Shown piece by piece: positions 1-7,043 of a DNA stretch of 14,634 bases. The DNA is from Myxococcota bacterium (GTDB taxonomy: Bacteria > Myxococcota_A > UBA9160 > PR03): NCBI GenBank assembly GCA_041611735.1, contig JBFIML010000066.1:1-14634 (forward strand). The letters run 5' to 3'. Under the pieces are notes generated by a model. That model had not been told where the DNA came from and ran no database searches. It was given only the letters and a program-made list of their open reading frames with translations. Both the position numbers and the translations under genes were made by a program. The stretch's first letter is position 1. Every line of letters begins with the position of its first letter.

Positions 1-614
1 TTCTCGAGCATCAGGCGCCCGAGGACCGTGGCGCACCAGGGCGTCTCGGGGGCGGGCTTGAGCACCAGCGTGTTGCCCGCCGCCAGCGCCGGTCCGAGCT
101 TGCACAGGTTCAGGTAGATGGGGAAGTTCCAGGCGGTGATGGCGCCCACCACGCCCACCGCCTCGCGGCGCAGGATGCGCCGCTGCGGCTGCCCGAGGAA
201 GCGGATCGCCGCCATCTTCTCCTCGTAGGGGTAGCTCCCGGCCAGCTCCGCCCAGTAGGGCATCTGCTCCACGTAGGCGTCGAGCTGGGCCGAGTAGGTG
301 AGCAGCACCGGGGAGCCCGCCTCCGCCACCACCAGGCTGCGCAGCTCCTCGCGCGCCTCGACCAGGGCCGCGGCGAGCTGCTCCAGGCAGCGGCGCCGGA
401 AGGCCGCATCCCGCGCCCAGGGCGTCGTGTCGAAGGCGCGCCGGGCCGCCGCGATAGCCGCCTCCAGGTCGGCCCGGGTCCCGTCGGCGCACACGCCGAG
501 CACCTCCTCGGTGGCCGGGTTCACGGTCTCGAAGCAGGCCCCGCTGCTGGCCTCCACCAGCCGACCGTCGATCAGGTTGCGCGGCTCGCCGCGCGGTGCC
601 AGCAGCTCTGTCAT
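1..614 (-). CDS. aldA: Aldehyde dehydrogenase, N-terminal ~204 codons, running off the left edge; similar to M. tuberculosis AldA/Rv0768
   Basis: Not in the ORF track; translated by hand from ATG at 614 (GGGGG SD upstream): MTELLAPRGEPRNLIDGRLVEASSGACFETVNPATEEVLG...AAIAAARRAFD...RREAVGVVGAITAWNFP...KLGPALAAGNTLVLKPAPETP. These are the classic ALDH motifs. Confidence 0.93.
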   Translation of the reverse strand, partial: MTELLAPRGEPRNLIDGRLVEASSGACFETVNPATEEVLGVCADGTRADLEAAIAAARRAFDTTPWARDAAFRRRCLEQLAAALVEAREELRSLVVAEAGSPVLLTYSAQLDAYVEQMPYWAELAGSYPYEEKMAAIRFLGQPQRRILRREAVGVVGAITAWNFPIYLNLCKLGPALAAGNTLVLKPAPETPWCATVLGRLMLE

Positions 615-636
615 GCCATCCCCCTGGCGACGGCCC

Positions 637-1386
637 TCAGGGCCGCAGCACCTGCCCGCCGTCCACGTTCAGGATCTGGCCCGTCACCCAGCTCGACTCG
701 TCCGAGAGCAGGAAGATGCACGCCCCCAGCAGGTCCTCGGGGCGCCCCTGCCGCGCCAACGGCATGCCGGCCAGGATCTGCTCGAGGATGGGCTTGGGCA
801 CGATGCGCCGCGTGGCGGCCGTGTCCGTCGGGCCCGGCGCGATGGCGTTCACGCGGATCTTGTGGGGCCCGAGCTCGCGCGCCAGGGCGTGCGTCAACCC
901 GTTCAGGCCGAGCTTCGCCACGCCATAGAAGCCCACCCCCATCCAGGCGGCGGTGGACGACTGGTTCACCACCGAGCCGCCGCCCCGGGCCTTCATGGAC
1001 TCCCAGCAGGCGCGCGTGCAGAGCAGCGCGCCGTGCAGGTTCACGTCCATGAAGCGCTTGTAGTAGTCCCAGTCCACGCCGAGCAGCGGCGCCAGGCGCA
1101 TGTCGTGGTAGATGGCGGCGTTGTTCACCAGGCCGTCGATGCCGCCGTAGGCCCGCACGGCCGCCTCGGCCAGGGCGCGGGTGGATTCGGGCGAGGCCAC
1201 GTCCACCTCCACGAAGGTCGCCTGGCCGCCGGCCGCCCGGATGGCGTCGGCCACCCGCTGGCCCGCTTCCTTCTGGATGTCGGCCACCACCACCCGCGCG
1301 CCTTCGGCGGCGACGCCCCGGGCGTAGGCCTCGCCGATCCCCTGGCCGGCGCCGGTCACGACCACCACCTTGTCCGCGAGCCGCAT
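637..1386 (-). CDS. Classical SDR oxidoreductase, Rv0769-like
   Basis: TGAGQGIG, NNAA and YGVAK (YxxxK) motifs. Segments DYYKRFMDVN, GGSVVNQSSTAAW and NAIAPGPTDT closely match the remembered Rv0769. GGAGG SD. Confidence 0.93.
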   Translation of the reverse strand: MRLADKVVVVTGAGQGIGEAYARGVAAEGARVVVADIQKEAGQRVADAIRAAGGQATFVEVDVASPESTRALAEAAVRAYGGIDGLVNNAAIYHDMRLAPLLGVDWDYYKRFMDVNLHGALLCTRACWESMKARGGGSVVNQSSTAAWMGVGFYGVAKLGLNGLTHALARELGPHKIRVNAIAPGPTDTAATRRIVPKPILEQILAGMPLARQGRPEDLLGACIFLLSDESSWVTGQILNVDGGQVLRP

Positions 1387-1407
1387 GCCTCCTCCGCGCC
1401 GGTCGGA

Positions 1408-2061
1408 CTAGGCGACCGGACCCTCGGGCGTCCGGGTGAGCTCGCCGACCAGGGTCTCCCGCAGCAGGTCCAGCTCGCCGGCGGGAAGCCGCGCGTCTCC
1501 GCCCTGGAGGATGCAGGTCGCGGCCAGGCCCGAGAGCACCGAGAGCGTGTAGTGTGCCAGGACGCGCCGGCGCCGGCGCCCGAGGCGCGCGTCGGCGAAC
1601 AGCCGCGCGAAGATCCCCTCCCAGGCCTCGAACAGGCGCGCCTGGAGCGAGGGAGCCTGCTGGCCCTCCTCCCGCGGCAGGTGACCCAGCAGGATCTCGA
1701 AGGTGGAGCGGTAGTGGGGGCTCGCGAAGTGCTCCCAGGCGCGCTCGACGAACCGGGCAGCGCGCTTCTCCAGGGAAGGCTCGTCCCGGGGGATGCTCTC
1801 GAGCCGCGCCGCGAAGCGCGCGAAGCTGTCCTCGAGCACCGCCACCAGGATGCCGTCCTTGCCGCCGAAGTGGTGCTGCACGGCGCCCCAGGTGACGCCG
1901 GCCCGCTGGGCGATCTCGCTGGCCGTGGTGCGCGGGAAGCCCACGTCCGCGATGCTCGCCACCGCGGCGCCGATGAGGCGGGCCCGCGTGGCGGCGGTGC
2001 GCTCGGCCTGGCTGCGCCGCCCGCGGGCGCGGACGGGCAGGGAGCGGCGAATCGGCTTCAT
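1408..2061 (-). CDS. TetR/AcrR family transcriptional regulator
   Basis: N-terminal HTH: RSQAERTAATRARLIGAAV...GFPRTTASEIAQRAGVTWGAVQHHFGGKDGIL. Transcribed divergently from the P450 operon. Confidence 0.93.
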   Translation of the reverse strand: MKPIRRSLPVRARGRRSQAERTAATRARLIGAAVASIADVGFPRTTASEIAQRAGVTWGAVQHHFGGKDGILVAVLEDSFARFAARLESIPRDEPSLEKRAARFVERAWEHFASPHYRSTFEILLGHLPREEGQQAPSLQARLFEAWEGIFARLFADARLGRRRRRVLAHYTLSVLSGLAATCILQGGDARLPAGELDLLRETLVGELTRTPEGPVA

Positions 2062-2072
2062 GGAGCCCGTCC

Positions 2073-2101
2073 AGGGTACGCGTCATTTACATTGCACACA
2101 A
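2073..2101 (-). promoter_or_regulatory. Putative sigma-70 promoter of the tetR-SDR-aldA operon
   Basis: Minus strand -35 TTGTGT (2101-2096), 17-bp spacer, -10 TACCCT (2078-2073). This would give a near-leaderless tetR mRNA, and no SD precedes ATG 2061. Confidence 0.45.
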
Positions 2102-2108
2102 TATGTAA
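2087..2108. promoter_or_regulatory. Palindromic operator TTACAT-N10-ATGTAA, probable TetR binding site
   Basis: AT-rich inverted repeat (2087-2092 / 2103-2108) in otherwise very GC-rich DNA, lying between the divergent TetR and P450 genes. Confidence 0.7.
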
Positions 2109-2121
2109 GTTGGCGTAGGCT
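2092..2121 (+). promoter_or_regulatory. Putative sigma-70 promoter of the P450/CYP51 operon
   Basis: -35 TTGCAC (2092-2097), 18-bp spacer, -10 TAGGCT (2116-2121). Confidence 0.5.
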
Positions 2122-2153
2122 GGACGCGCCCCGAACGAGCGGAGGGGCGCCGG

Positions 2154-3332
2154 CTGGTCGAGTACGACCCGTACGCCTACCGGACCCACGAGGACCCCTA
2201 CCCGGTCTACCGGGAGCTGCGGGAGAAGGCGCCCGTCTACCGCAACGACGCCCTGGGCTTCTGGGCGCTCTCCCGGCACGCGGACGTGCTCGCGGCGTTC
2301 AAGGACTGGCAGCGCTTCTCCAGTGCGCAGGGGGTTTCCCTGGAGCCCCAGGCGGTGCACCCGCGCGCCGACGCGGTGATGTCGATCCTGGCCATGGACC
2401 CGCCGCGCCACACCCGCATGCGCGCCCTCGTCTCGCGCGCCTTCACGCCGCGGCGCGTGGCGGGCCTCGAGCCCGGCATCCGCGAGCTCGCCATCCACTA
2501 CCTGGAAGGCCTGCGCCCCCGCGGCGCCTGCGACTTCATCCAGGACTTCGCCGCCCGGCTCCCCATGGACGTGATCAGCGAGATGCTGGGTGTCCCCGCG
2601 GCGGACCGGGACGGGCTGCGTCGCCAGGCGGACCTGGTGGTGCACCGCGAGGAAGGCGTGGCCGGCGTCCCACCCGCCGGCCTCGCGGCGGCGGCGGGCA
2701 TGATCCAGTACTTCGCCGGGCTGCTGGCCCAGCGCCGGCGCACGCCGCGCGACGATCTCCTGGGCGCGCTCCTCGCCGCCGAGCTCGAGGGCGACCGCCT
2801 GAGCGACCGCGAGGTGATCGGCTTCCTGTTCCTGATGATCATCGCGGGCAACGAGACCACCACCAAGCTGCTGGGCAACGCGCTCTACTGGCTCGGGCGC
2901 CACCCGGGCGAGCGCGACAAGCTGCGCGCCGACCCGACCCTCATCCCTCGCTGGGTGGAGGAGACGCTGCGCTACGACAACTCGACCCAGGCCCTGGCCC
3001 GCAGCGTGACCCGCGACCTCGAGCTGCACGGTGAGAAGCTCGCGGCCGGCGACCGGGTCCTGCTGCTGCTCGGCTCCGCCAACCGCGACGAGCGCGTCTT
3101 CCCGCGGGCGGACGCCTACGACATCCTGCGCGACACCAGCGCCTCGCTCTCCTTCGGCCACGGCACGCACTTCTGCCTGGGCGCCGCCCTGGCGCGCCTC
3201 GAGGCGCGCGTGGCCCTGGAGGAGGTGCAGCGCCGCCTGCCCGACTGGGAGGTGGACGCCAGCCGTCTCGTGCGCGTCCACTCCATCAACGTGCGTGGCT
3301 TCGCCAGCCTCCCGATCGGGTTCCGGTCGTGA
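2154..3332 (+). CDS. cyp123: Cytochrome P450, CYP123-like (Rv0766c-like); probable CTG start, ~392 aa
   Basis: I-helix AGNETT, EETLR (ExxR) and heme motif FGHGTHFCLG. The reading frame extends upstream of the ORF-track start (2286) as VEYDPYAYRTHEDPYPVYRELREKAPVYRN...FWALSRHADV, matching the remembered CYP123 N-terminus. SD GGAGG at 2141-2145 precedes CTG at 2154. Confidence 0.9.
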   Translation: MVEYDPYAYRTHEDPYPVYRELREKAPVYRNDALGFWALSRHADVLAAFKDWQRFSSAQGVSLEPQAVHPRADAVMSILAMDPPRHTRMRALVSRAFTPRRVAGLEPGIRELAIHYLEGLRPRGACDFIQDFAARLPMDVISEMLGVPAADRDGLRRQADLVVHREEGVAGVPPAGLAAAAGMIQYFAGLLAQRRRTPRDDLLGALLAAELEGDRLSDREVIGFLFLMIIAGNETTTKLLGNALYWLGRHPGERDKLRADPTLIPRWVEETLRYDNSTQALARSVTRDLELHGEKLAAGDRVLLLLGSANRDERVFPRADAYDILRDTSASLSFGHGTHFCLGAALARLEARVALEEVQRRLPDWEVDASRLVRVHSINVRGFASLPIGFRS

Positions 3333-4102
3333 GCACCGGGGCCCCGGCGCGGGTCGCCGCCGTGACCGGCGCCTCCTCCGGCATCGGCGCCGCCACCGCC
3401 GTGGCCCTCGGGCGCCTGGGCTGGCGGGTGGCGCTCGGCGCCCGGCGCAGCGAGCGGCTGGCGGAGGTGGCGCGCCGGGTGGAGGCGGCGGGCGGGAGCG
3501 CCCTGGCCGCCGCCCTCGACGTGACGGAGCCCGACTCCATCGACGCCTTCTTCGCCGCCGCCGAGGCGGCCTTCGGCGCCGCCGACGTCGTGGTGAGCAA
3601 CGCCGGGGTGTGCGTCCCGGGCCTGCTGCACGAGGTCGGGGAGGAGGATCTCGCCATCGAGCTGCGCACCAACCTGCTGGGTCCGGCGCTGGTGGTGCGG
3701 CGCGCGCTGCCCGCGATGCTCGCGCGCGGAAGCGGCGACCTGGTCTTCGTCTCGTCCCAGAACGCGGTGGCCCCGCGGCCCTTCCAGGCCGGCTACTCCG
3801 CTGCCAAGGCGGGCGTCGAGTCGCTGGCGCGGGTGCTGGCCATGGAGCTCGAGGGGACCGGCGTGCGCGCCACCATCGTGCGGCCCGGCCCCACGGCCAG
3901 CGAGTTCGGGCGCGGCTGGAAGCCGGAGACGATCCGCCGCGTGCTGGCGGCCTGGAAGCACTGGGGCCTGCAACGGCACCTGCGCTGGCTGCCCCCCGAG
4001 AGCGTCGCCAGTGCGGTGGTGGCGGCGGTTACGGCGCCCCCGGGCACGCATCTGGACCTGCTGCAGGTGATGCCCGAAGGCCCGTCGCCGGAGGCATCGT
4101 GA
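3329..4102 (+). CDS. SDR oxidoreductase, Rv0765c-like
   Basis: TGASSGIG, SNAG and YSAAK motifs. GTG start overlaps the P450 stop (GTGA). Syntenic position between cyp123 and cyp51 as in mycobacteria. Confidence 0.9.
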   Translation: MSTGAPARVAAVTGASSGIGAATAVALGRLGWRVALGARRSERLAEVARRVEAAGGSALAAALDVTEPDSIDAFFAAAEAAFGAADVVVSNAGVCVPGLLHEVGEEDLAIELRTNLLGPALVVRRALPAMLARGSGDLVFVSSQNAVAPRPFQAGYSAAKAGVESLARVLAMELEGTGVRATIVRPGPTASEFGRGWKPETIRRVLAAWKHWGLQRHLRWLPPESVASAVVAAVTAPPGTHLDLLQVMPEGPSPEAS

Positions 4103-5466
4103 CGGCCCCGGCTCGGGGCTCGCGCGGGCGCCCGCCGCCCCGCGTCTCGGGCGCCGTGCCTTGGCTCGGTCACCTGCTCGAGCTGCGCCGCCAGCCCCTA
4201 GAGCTCCTGCAGCGCGTGCGCGCCGAGTGCGGCGAGGTCGGCGAGTTTCGCCTGGCGGGCCGGCCGGTGGTGCTCTTCACGGGCCCCGAGGCCAACGAGG
4301 CCTTCTTCCGCGCCCCGGAGGAGCAGCTCGACCAGGCCGCCGCCTATCCCTTCATGACGCCCATCTTCGGCGAGGGGGTGGTCTTCGACGCGAACCCGGA
4401 GCAGCGCCGCCAGGCCTTGCGCAACCGCTCGCTGCGCGACCAGTTCATGCGCGGCCACGCGGAGGTGATCGCCGGCGAGACGGAGCGCATGCTGGCCGGC
4501 TGGGGCGCCGCTGGGGAGATCGACCTGCTCGACTTCTTCGCGGAGCTCACCATCTACACCTCGAGCGCGTGCCTGCTCGGCCGCGAGTTCCGCGAGGAAC
4601 TCACCCCGGAGTTCGCGGTCGCCTACCACGACCTCGAGAAGGGCACCGACGCCTTCGCCTACGTGAACCCCTATCTGCCGCTGCCCTCCTTCCGCAAGCG
4701 CGACCGGGCCCGGCGCCGCCTGGTCGAGCTCATCACCGAGATCATGGAGCGGCGCGAGCGGGAGGGGCGCGAGACCCAGGACCTGCTCCACGTGCTCACG
4801 CGGCTGCGCCGGGCCGACGGGAGCCCTCGCTACGACGCCGACCACATCACCGGCATGTTCATCGCCATGATGTTCGCGGGCCACCACACCACCTCGGGAA
4901 CCGCCGCCTGGACGCTGCTGGAGCTGCTGCGGCACCCGGACGTCGGCAAGCCGGTGGTGGAGGAGCTCGACCGCCTGCACGCCGCCGGCACTCCGGTGAG
5001 CTACCAGGCCCTGCGCGAGATGCCGGCCCTGGAGAGCGCCATCAAGGAGACCCTGCGGCTGCACCCGCCGCTGATCCTGCTGATGCGCAAGGTGATGAGC
5101 GACTTCCACTACAAGGACTGGCGGATCGCCGCCGGCAAGCTGGTGGCCGCCTCGCCGGCGGTCTCGAACCGGCTGCCGGAGTGCTTCCCGGACCCCGAGC
5201 GTTTCGACCCCGCGCGCTACGGGCCCGGCCGCGAGGAGGACCGCCAGAGCTTCGCGTGGATCCCCTTCGGCGCGGGGCGGCATCGCTGCGTGGGCGCCGC
5301 CTTCGCCATGATGCAGCTCAAGGCGATCTTCAGCATCCTGCTGCGGCGCTTCGAGTTCGAGCTGGCGCAGTCGCCCGGGAGCTACCGGAACGACCACTCG
5401 AAGATGGTGGTGCAGCTGCGGCAGCCGTGCCGGGTGCGCCATCGCCAACGGGAGGCGGCGCCGTGA
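4099..5466 (+). CDS. cyp51: Sterol 14-alpha-demethylase CYP51 (CYP51B-type), ~455 aa
   Basis: Signature segments AYPFMTPIFGEGVVFDA, EIDLLDFFAELTIYTSSACL, MMFAGHHT, ETLRLHPPL, WIPFGAGRHRCVG and YRNDHSKMVVQL are near-identical to the remembered M. tuberculosis CYP51B1. GTG start at 4099 overlaps the SDR stop; GGAGG SD at 4090-4094. Confidence 0.96.
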   Translation: MTAPARGSRGRPPPRVSGAVPWLGHLLELRRQPLELLQRVRAECGEVGEFRLAGRPVVLFTGPEANEAFFRAPEEQLDQAAAYPFMTPIFGEGVVFDANPEQRRQALRNRSLRDQFMRGHAEVIAGETERMLAGWGAAGEIDLLDFFAELTIYTSSACLLGREFREELTPEFAVAYHDLEKGTDAFAYVNPYLPLPSFRKRDRARRRLVELITEIMERREREGRETQDLLHVLTRLRRADGSPRYDADHITGMFIAMMFAGHHTTSGTAAWTLLELLRHPDVGKPVVEELDRLHAAGTPVSYQALREMPALESAIKETLRLHPPLILLMRKVMSDFHYKDWRIAAGKLVAASPAVSNRLPECFPDPERFDPARYGPGREEDRQSFAWIPFGAGRHRCVGAAFAMMQLKAIFSILLRRFEFELAQSPGSYRNDHSKMVVQLRQPCRVRHRQREAAP

Positions 5467-5660
5467 GGGTGCGTGTGGACCGGGACCTCTGCCAGGGGCA
5501 CGGGGTGTGCGTCAGCGAGGCGCCCGAGGTCTTCGCCCTGGACGACGCGCTCGGCCCGGTCCGGCTGCTCCAGGACGAGCCGCCCGAGGCCCAGCGCGCC
5601 CCGGTGGAGCAGGCGGTGCGCTACTGCCCGACCCACGCCCTCGCCCTCGAGGACGACTGA
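5463..5660 (+). CDS. [3Fe-4S] ferredoxin, Rv0763c-like, 65 aa
   Basis: MRVRVDRDLCQGHGVC...YCPTHAL carries the CxxHxxC...CP motif of P450-associated ferredoxins. GTG overlaps the cyp51 stop; GGAGG SD at 5451-5455. Confidence 0.93.
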   Translation: MRVRVDRDLCQGHGVCVSEAPEVFALDDALGPVRLLQDEPPEAQRAPVEQAVRYCPTHALALEDD

Positions 5661-5683
5661 GCCCGCCCAGGAGGAGATCCCGC

Positions 5684-6211
5684 ATGCCTGCCTTCCCCCG
5701 CCCGGAGCTCGAGGAGATGGTGCAGCGCTGGCTCCAGGCCAACCACCGCGCGGAGGCGCAGGGCGACTGGGCCACCCACCTCGGCCCCTTCTACACCGAG
5801 GACGCCGTCTATACCTGGAACAACGGCCCGAAGTGGGATTTCGCGGCGCACGGCCGCCAACAGATCTGCGACTGGGCGCTGGGCACCGAGATGCAGGGGC
5901 TCGAAGGCTGGCGCTACGTCTACGACCACGTGCTGATCGACGAGCGCCAGGGCGAGGTGGTGGGCTTCTGGCGCCAGATCGCGCCGGTCAAGCGGCCCGA
6001 CGGCTCGCCCTGGGAGGTGGCGGGCGTGGGCGGGTCCTGGTTCCGCTACGCCGGCGACTGGCGCTGGAGCTGGCAGCGCGACTTCTTCGACCACGCCAAT
6101 GCTGCGGCGGTCTTCCTGGAGCTGGCCCGCCAGGGCGCGCTTGCCGGGGCCATGCAGGAGCGCATGCGGAAGGGCTCCAAGATGCCCGGCTGGGTGCGAC
6201 GCGAGGGCTGA
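5684..6211 (+). CDS. SnoaL/NTF2-like fold protein, Rv0762c-like, 175 aa
   Basis: PRPELEEMVQRWLQANHRAE...FYTEDAVYTWN...ALGTEMQGLEGWRY...IDERQGEVVGFW...GGSWFRYAG...WQRDFFD matches the remembered Rv0762c. AGGAGGAG SD before ATG 5684. Confidence 0.9.
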   Translation: MPAFPRPELEEMVQRWLQANHRAEAQGDWATHLGPFYTEDAVYTWNNGPKWDFAAHGRQQICDWALGTEMQGLEGWRYVYDHVLIDERQGEVVGFWRQIAPVKRPDGSPWEVAGVGGSWFRYAGDWRWSWQRDFFDHANAAAVFLELARQGALAGAMQERMRKGSKMPGWVRREG

Positions 6212-7041
6212 TGGCCAGCGAGGCGCTTCCGGTGGCTCGGGCCCGCGGCGGGCGCTGGTTCTCGGCCAATCCGAGCAAGGCCTGGGGCGAGAAGTTCTTC
6301 CTGCTCTACACGCCGGTCTGGGTGACGGGCATGGCGCTGCTCATGCGGTCCGGGGCCAGCGGACGCTGGGGCGACCTCGCCCTGAACGGCGCCATCGGCG
6401 CGCTCTGGGCGCCGCTGCTCCTCATCCCCGCCTGGCTCCGGGACGAGCGCTCCCTCGGGCGCCCCTGGTACCGGACCTACTGGTTCAAGTTCAACGTCTG
6501 GATCGGCATCTTCGCCGCCATCGGCACCTACTTCCTGACCGAGTACTTTTTCGACGTGCTGGGGATGGTCTACCACTACCCGCAGCTGCGCTGGAGCTTC
6601 GACTCGACGCTGCTCGGCTCCGGCGACCAGCGCGTGCCCCTCATCATGTACGGCTCGGCCCACTACTACTTCGTCACCTACCACACCGCCGCCGTGGTGG
6701 GGATGCGTCGTCTGCGCACCTCGCGCCTGCCCGCCCACCCGCTGACGACGGTCCTCAGCGTCGTGCTCCTGGCCTACGGCTTCGCCTGGGCCGAGACCTT
6801 CTTCATGACCGATGCCTCCATTGCCGAGCAGTTCACCTACCGGGACCTGCCGCGGATGCTGCGCTGGGGCTCGCTCTTCTACGCCTGCTACTTCTTCGTG
6901 AGTTTCCCCATGGTGTATCGCCTCGACGAGGAGCCGGGCGACGACTGGTCCCTGGGACGCACCGCCCGTGACGCCCTGGCCGCCGGCATGGGGGTCTTCC
7001 TCCTGCTCGACCTGGTGACCCGGGCGCTGGGGACCCTCTGA
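6211..7041 (+). CDS. Cycloeucalenol cycloisomerase (cyclopropylsterol isomerase, plant CPI1) homolog; multi-pass membrane protein, 276 aa
   Basis: End-to-end motif match to remembered plant CPI1: NPSKAWGEKFFLLYTPVW (plant NPSKRWGELFFLFYTPFW), YWFKFNVWIGIF..IGTYFLTEYFFDVLG (YWVKANLWIIIF..VGNYFWTHYFFKVLG), LFYACYFFVSFPMVYRLDE (LFYAIYFIVSFPMFFRMDE), and DALAAGM...LDL. ATG overlaps the upstream stop (TGATG at 6209-6213). Confidence 0.88.
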   Translation: MASEALPVARARGGRWFSANPSKAWGEKFFLLYTPVWVTGMALLMRSGASGRWGDLALNGAIGALWAPLLLIPAWLRDERSLGRPWYRTYWFKFNVWIGIFAAIGTYFLTEYFFDVLGMVYHYPQLRWSFDSTLLGSGDQRVPLIMYGSAHYYFVTYHTAAVVGMRRLRTSRLPAHPLTTVLSVVLLAYGFAWAETFFMTDASIAEQFTYRDLPRMLRWGSLFYACYFFVSFPMVYRLDEEPGDDWSLGRTARDALAAGMGVFLLLDLVTRALGTL

Positions 7042-7043
7042 GA

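Noticed and set aside
298-2118. 606-aa plus-strand ORF, and similar long ORFs (611-2086, 1793-3034, 2058-3281, 4198-5448, 7453-8781, 10846-11988)
   Set aside because: These are antisense or alternate-frame shadows of real genes in high-GC DNA. They are Arg/Pro/Gly/Ala-rich with no family motifs.
3031-5466. Apparent 811-aa CYP51 with a long N-terminal extension
   Set aside because: The upstream part is an off-frame read through cyp123 and the SDR. The real start is GTG 4099, which has an SD and overlaps the SDR stop.
4161-5660. 499-aa ORF ending in ferredoxin, suggesting a fusion or programmed frameshift
   Set aside because: Only the last 65 codons are ferredoxin. It has its own SD and GTG, and I see no slippery heptamer at the junction.
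5473-7041. 522-aa ORF suggesting a large multidomain CPI
   Set aside because: The region before 6211 overlaps the ferredoxin and SnoaL genes off-frame. CPI similarity begins just after ATG 6211.
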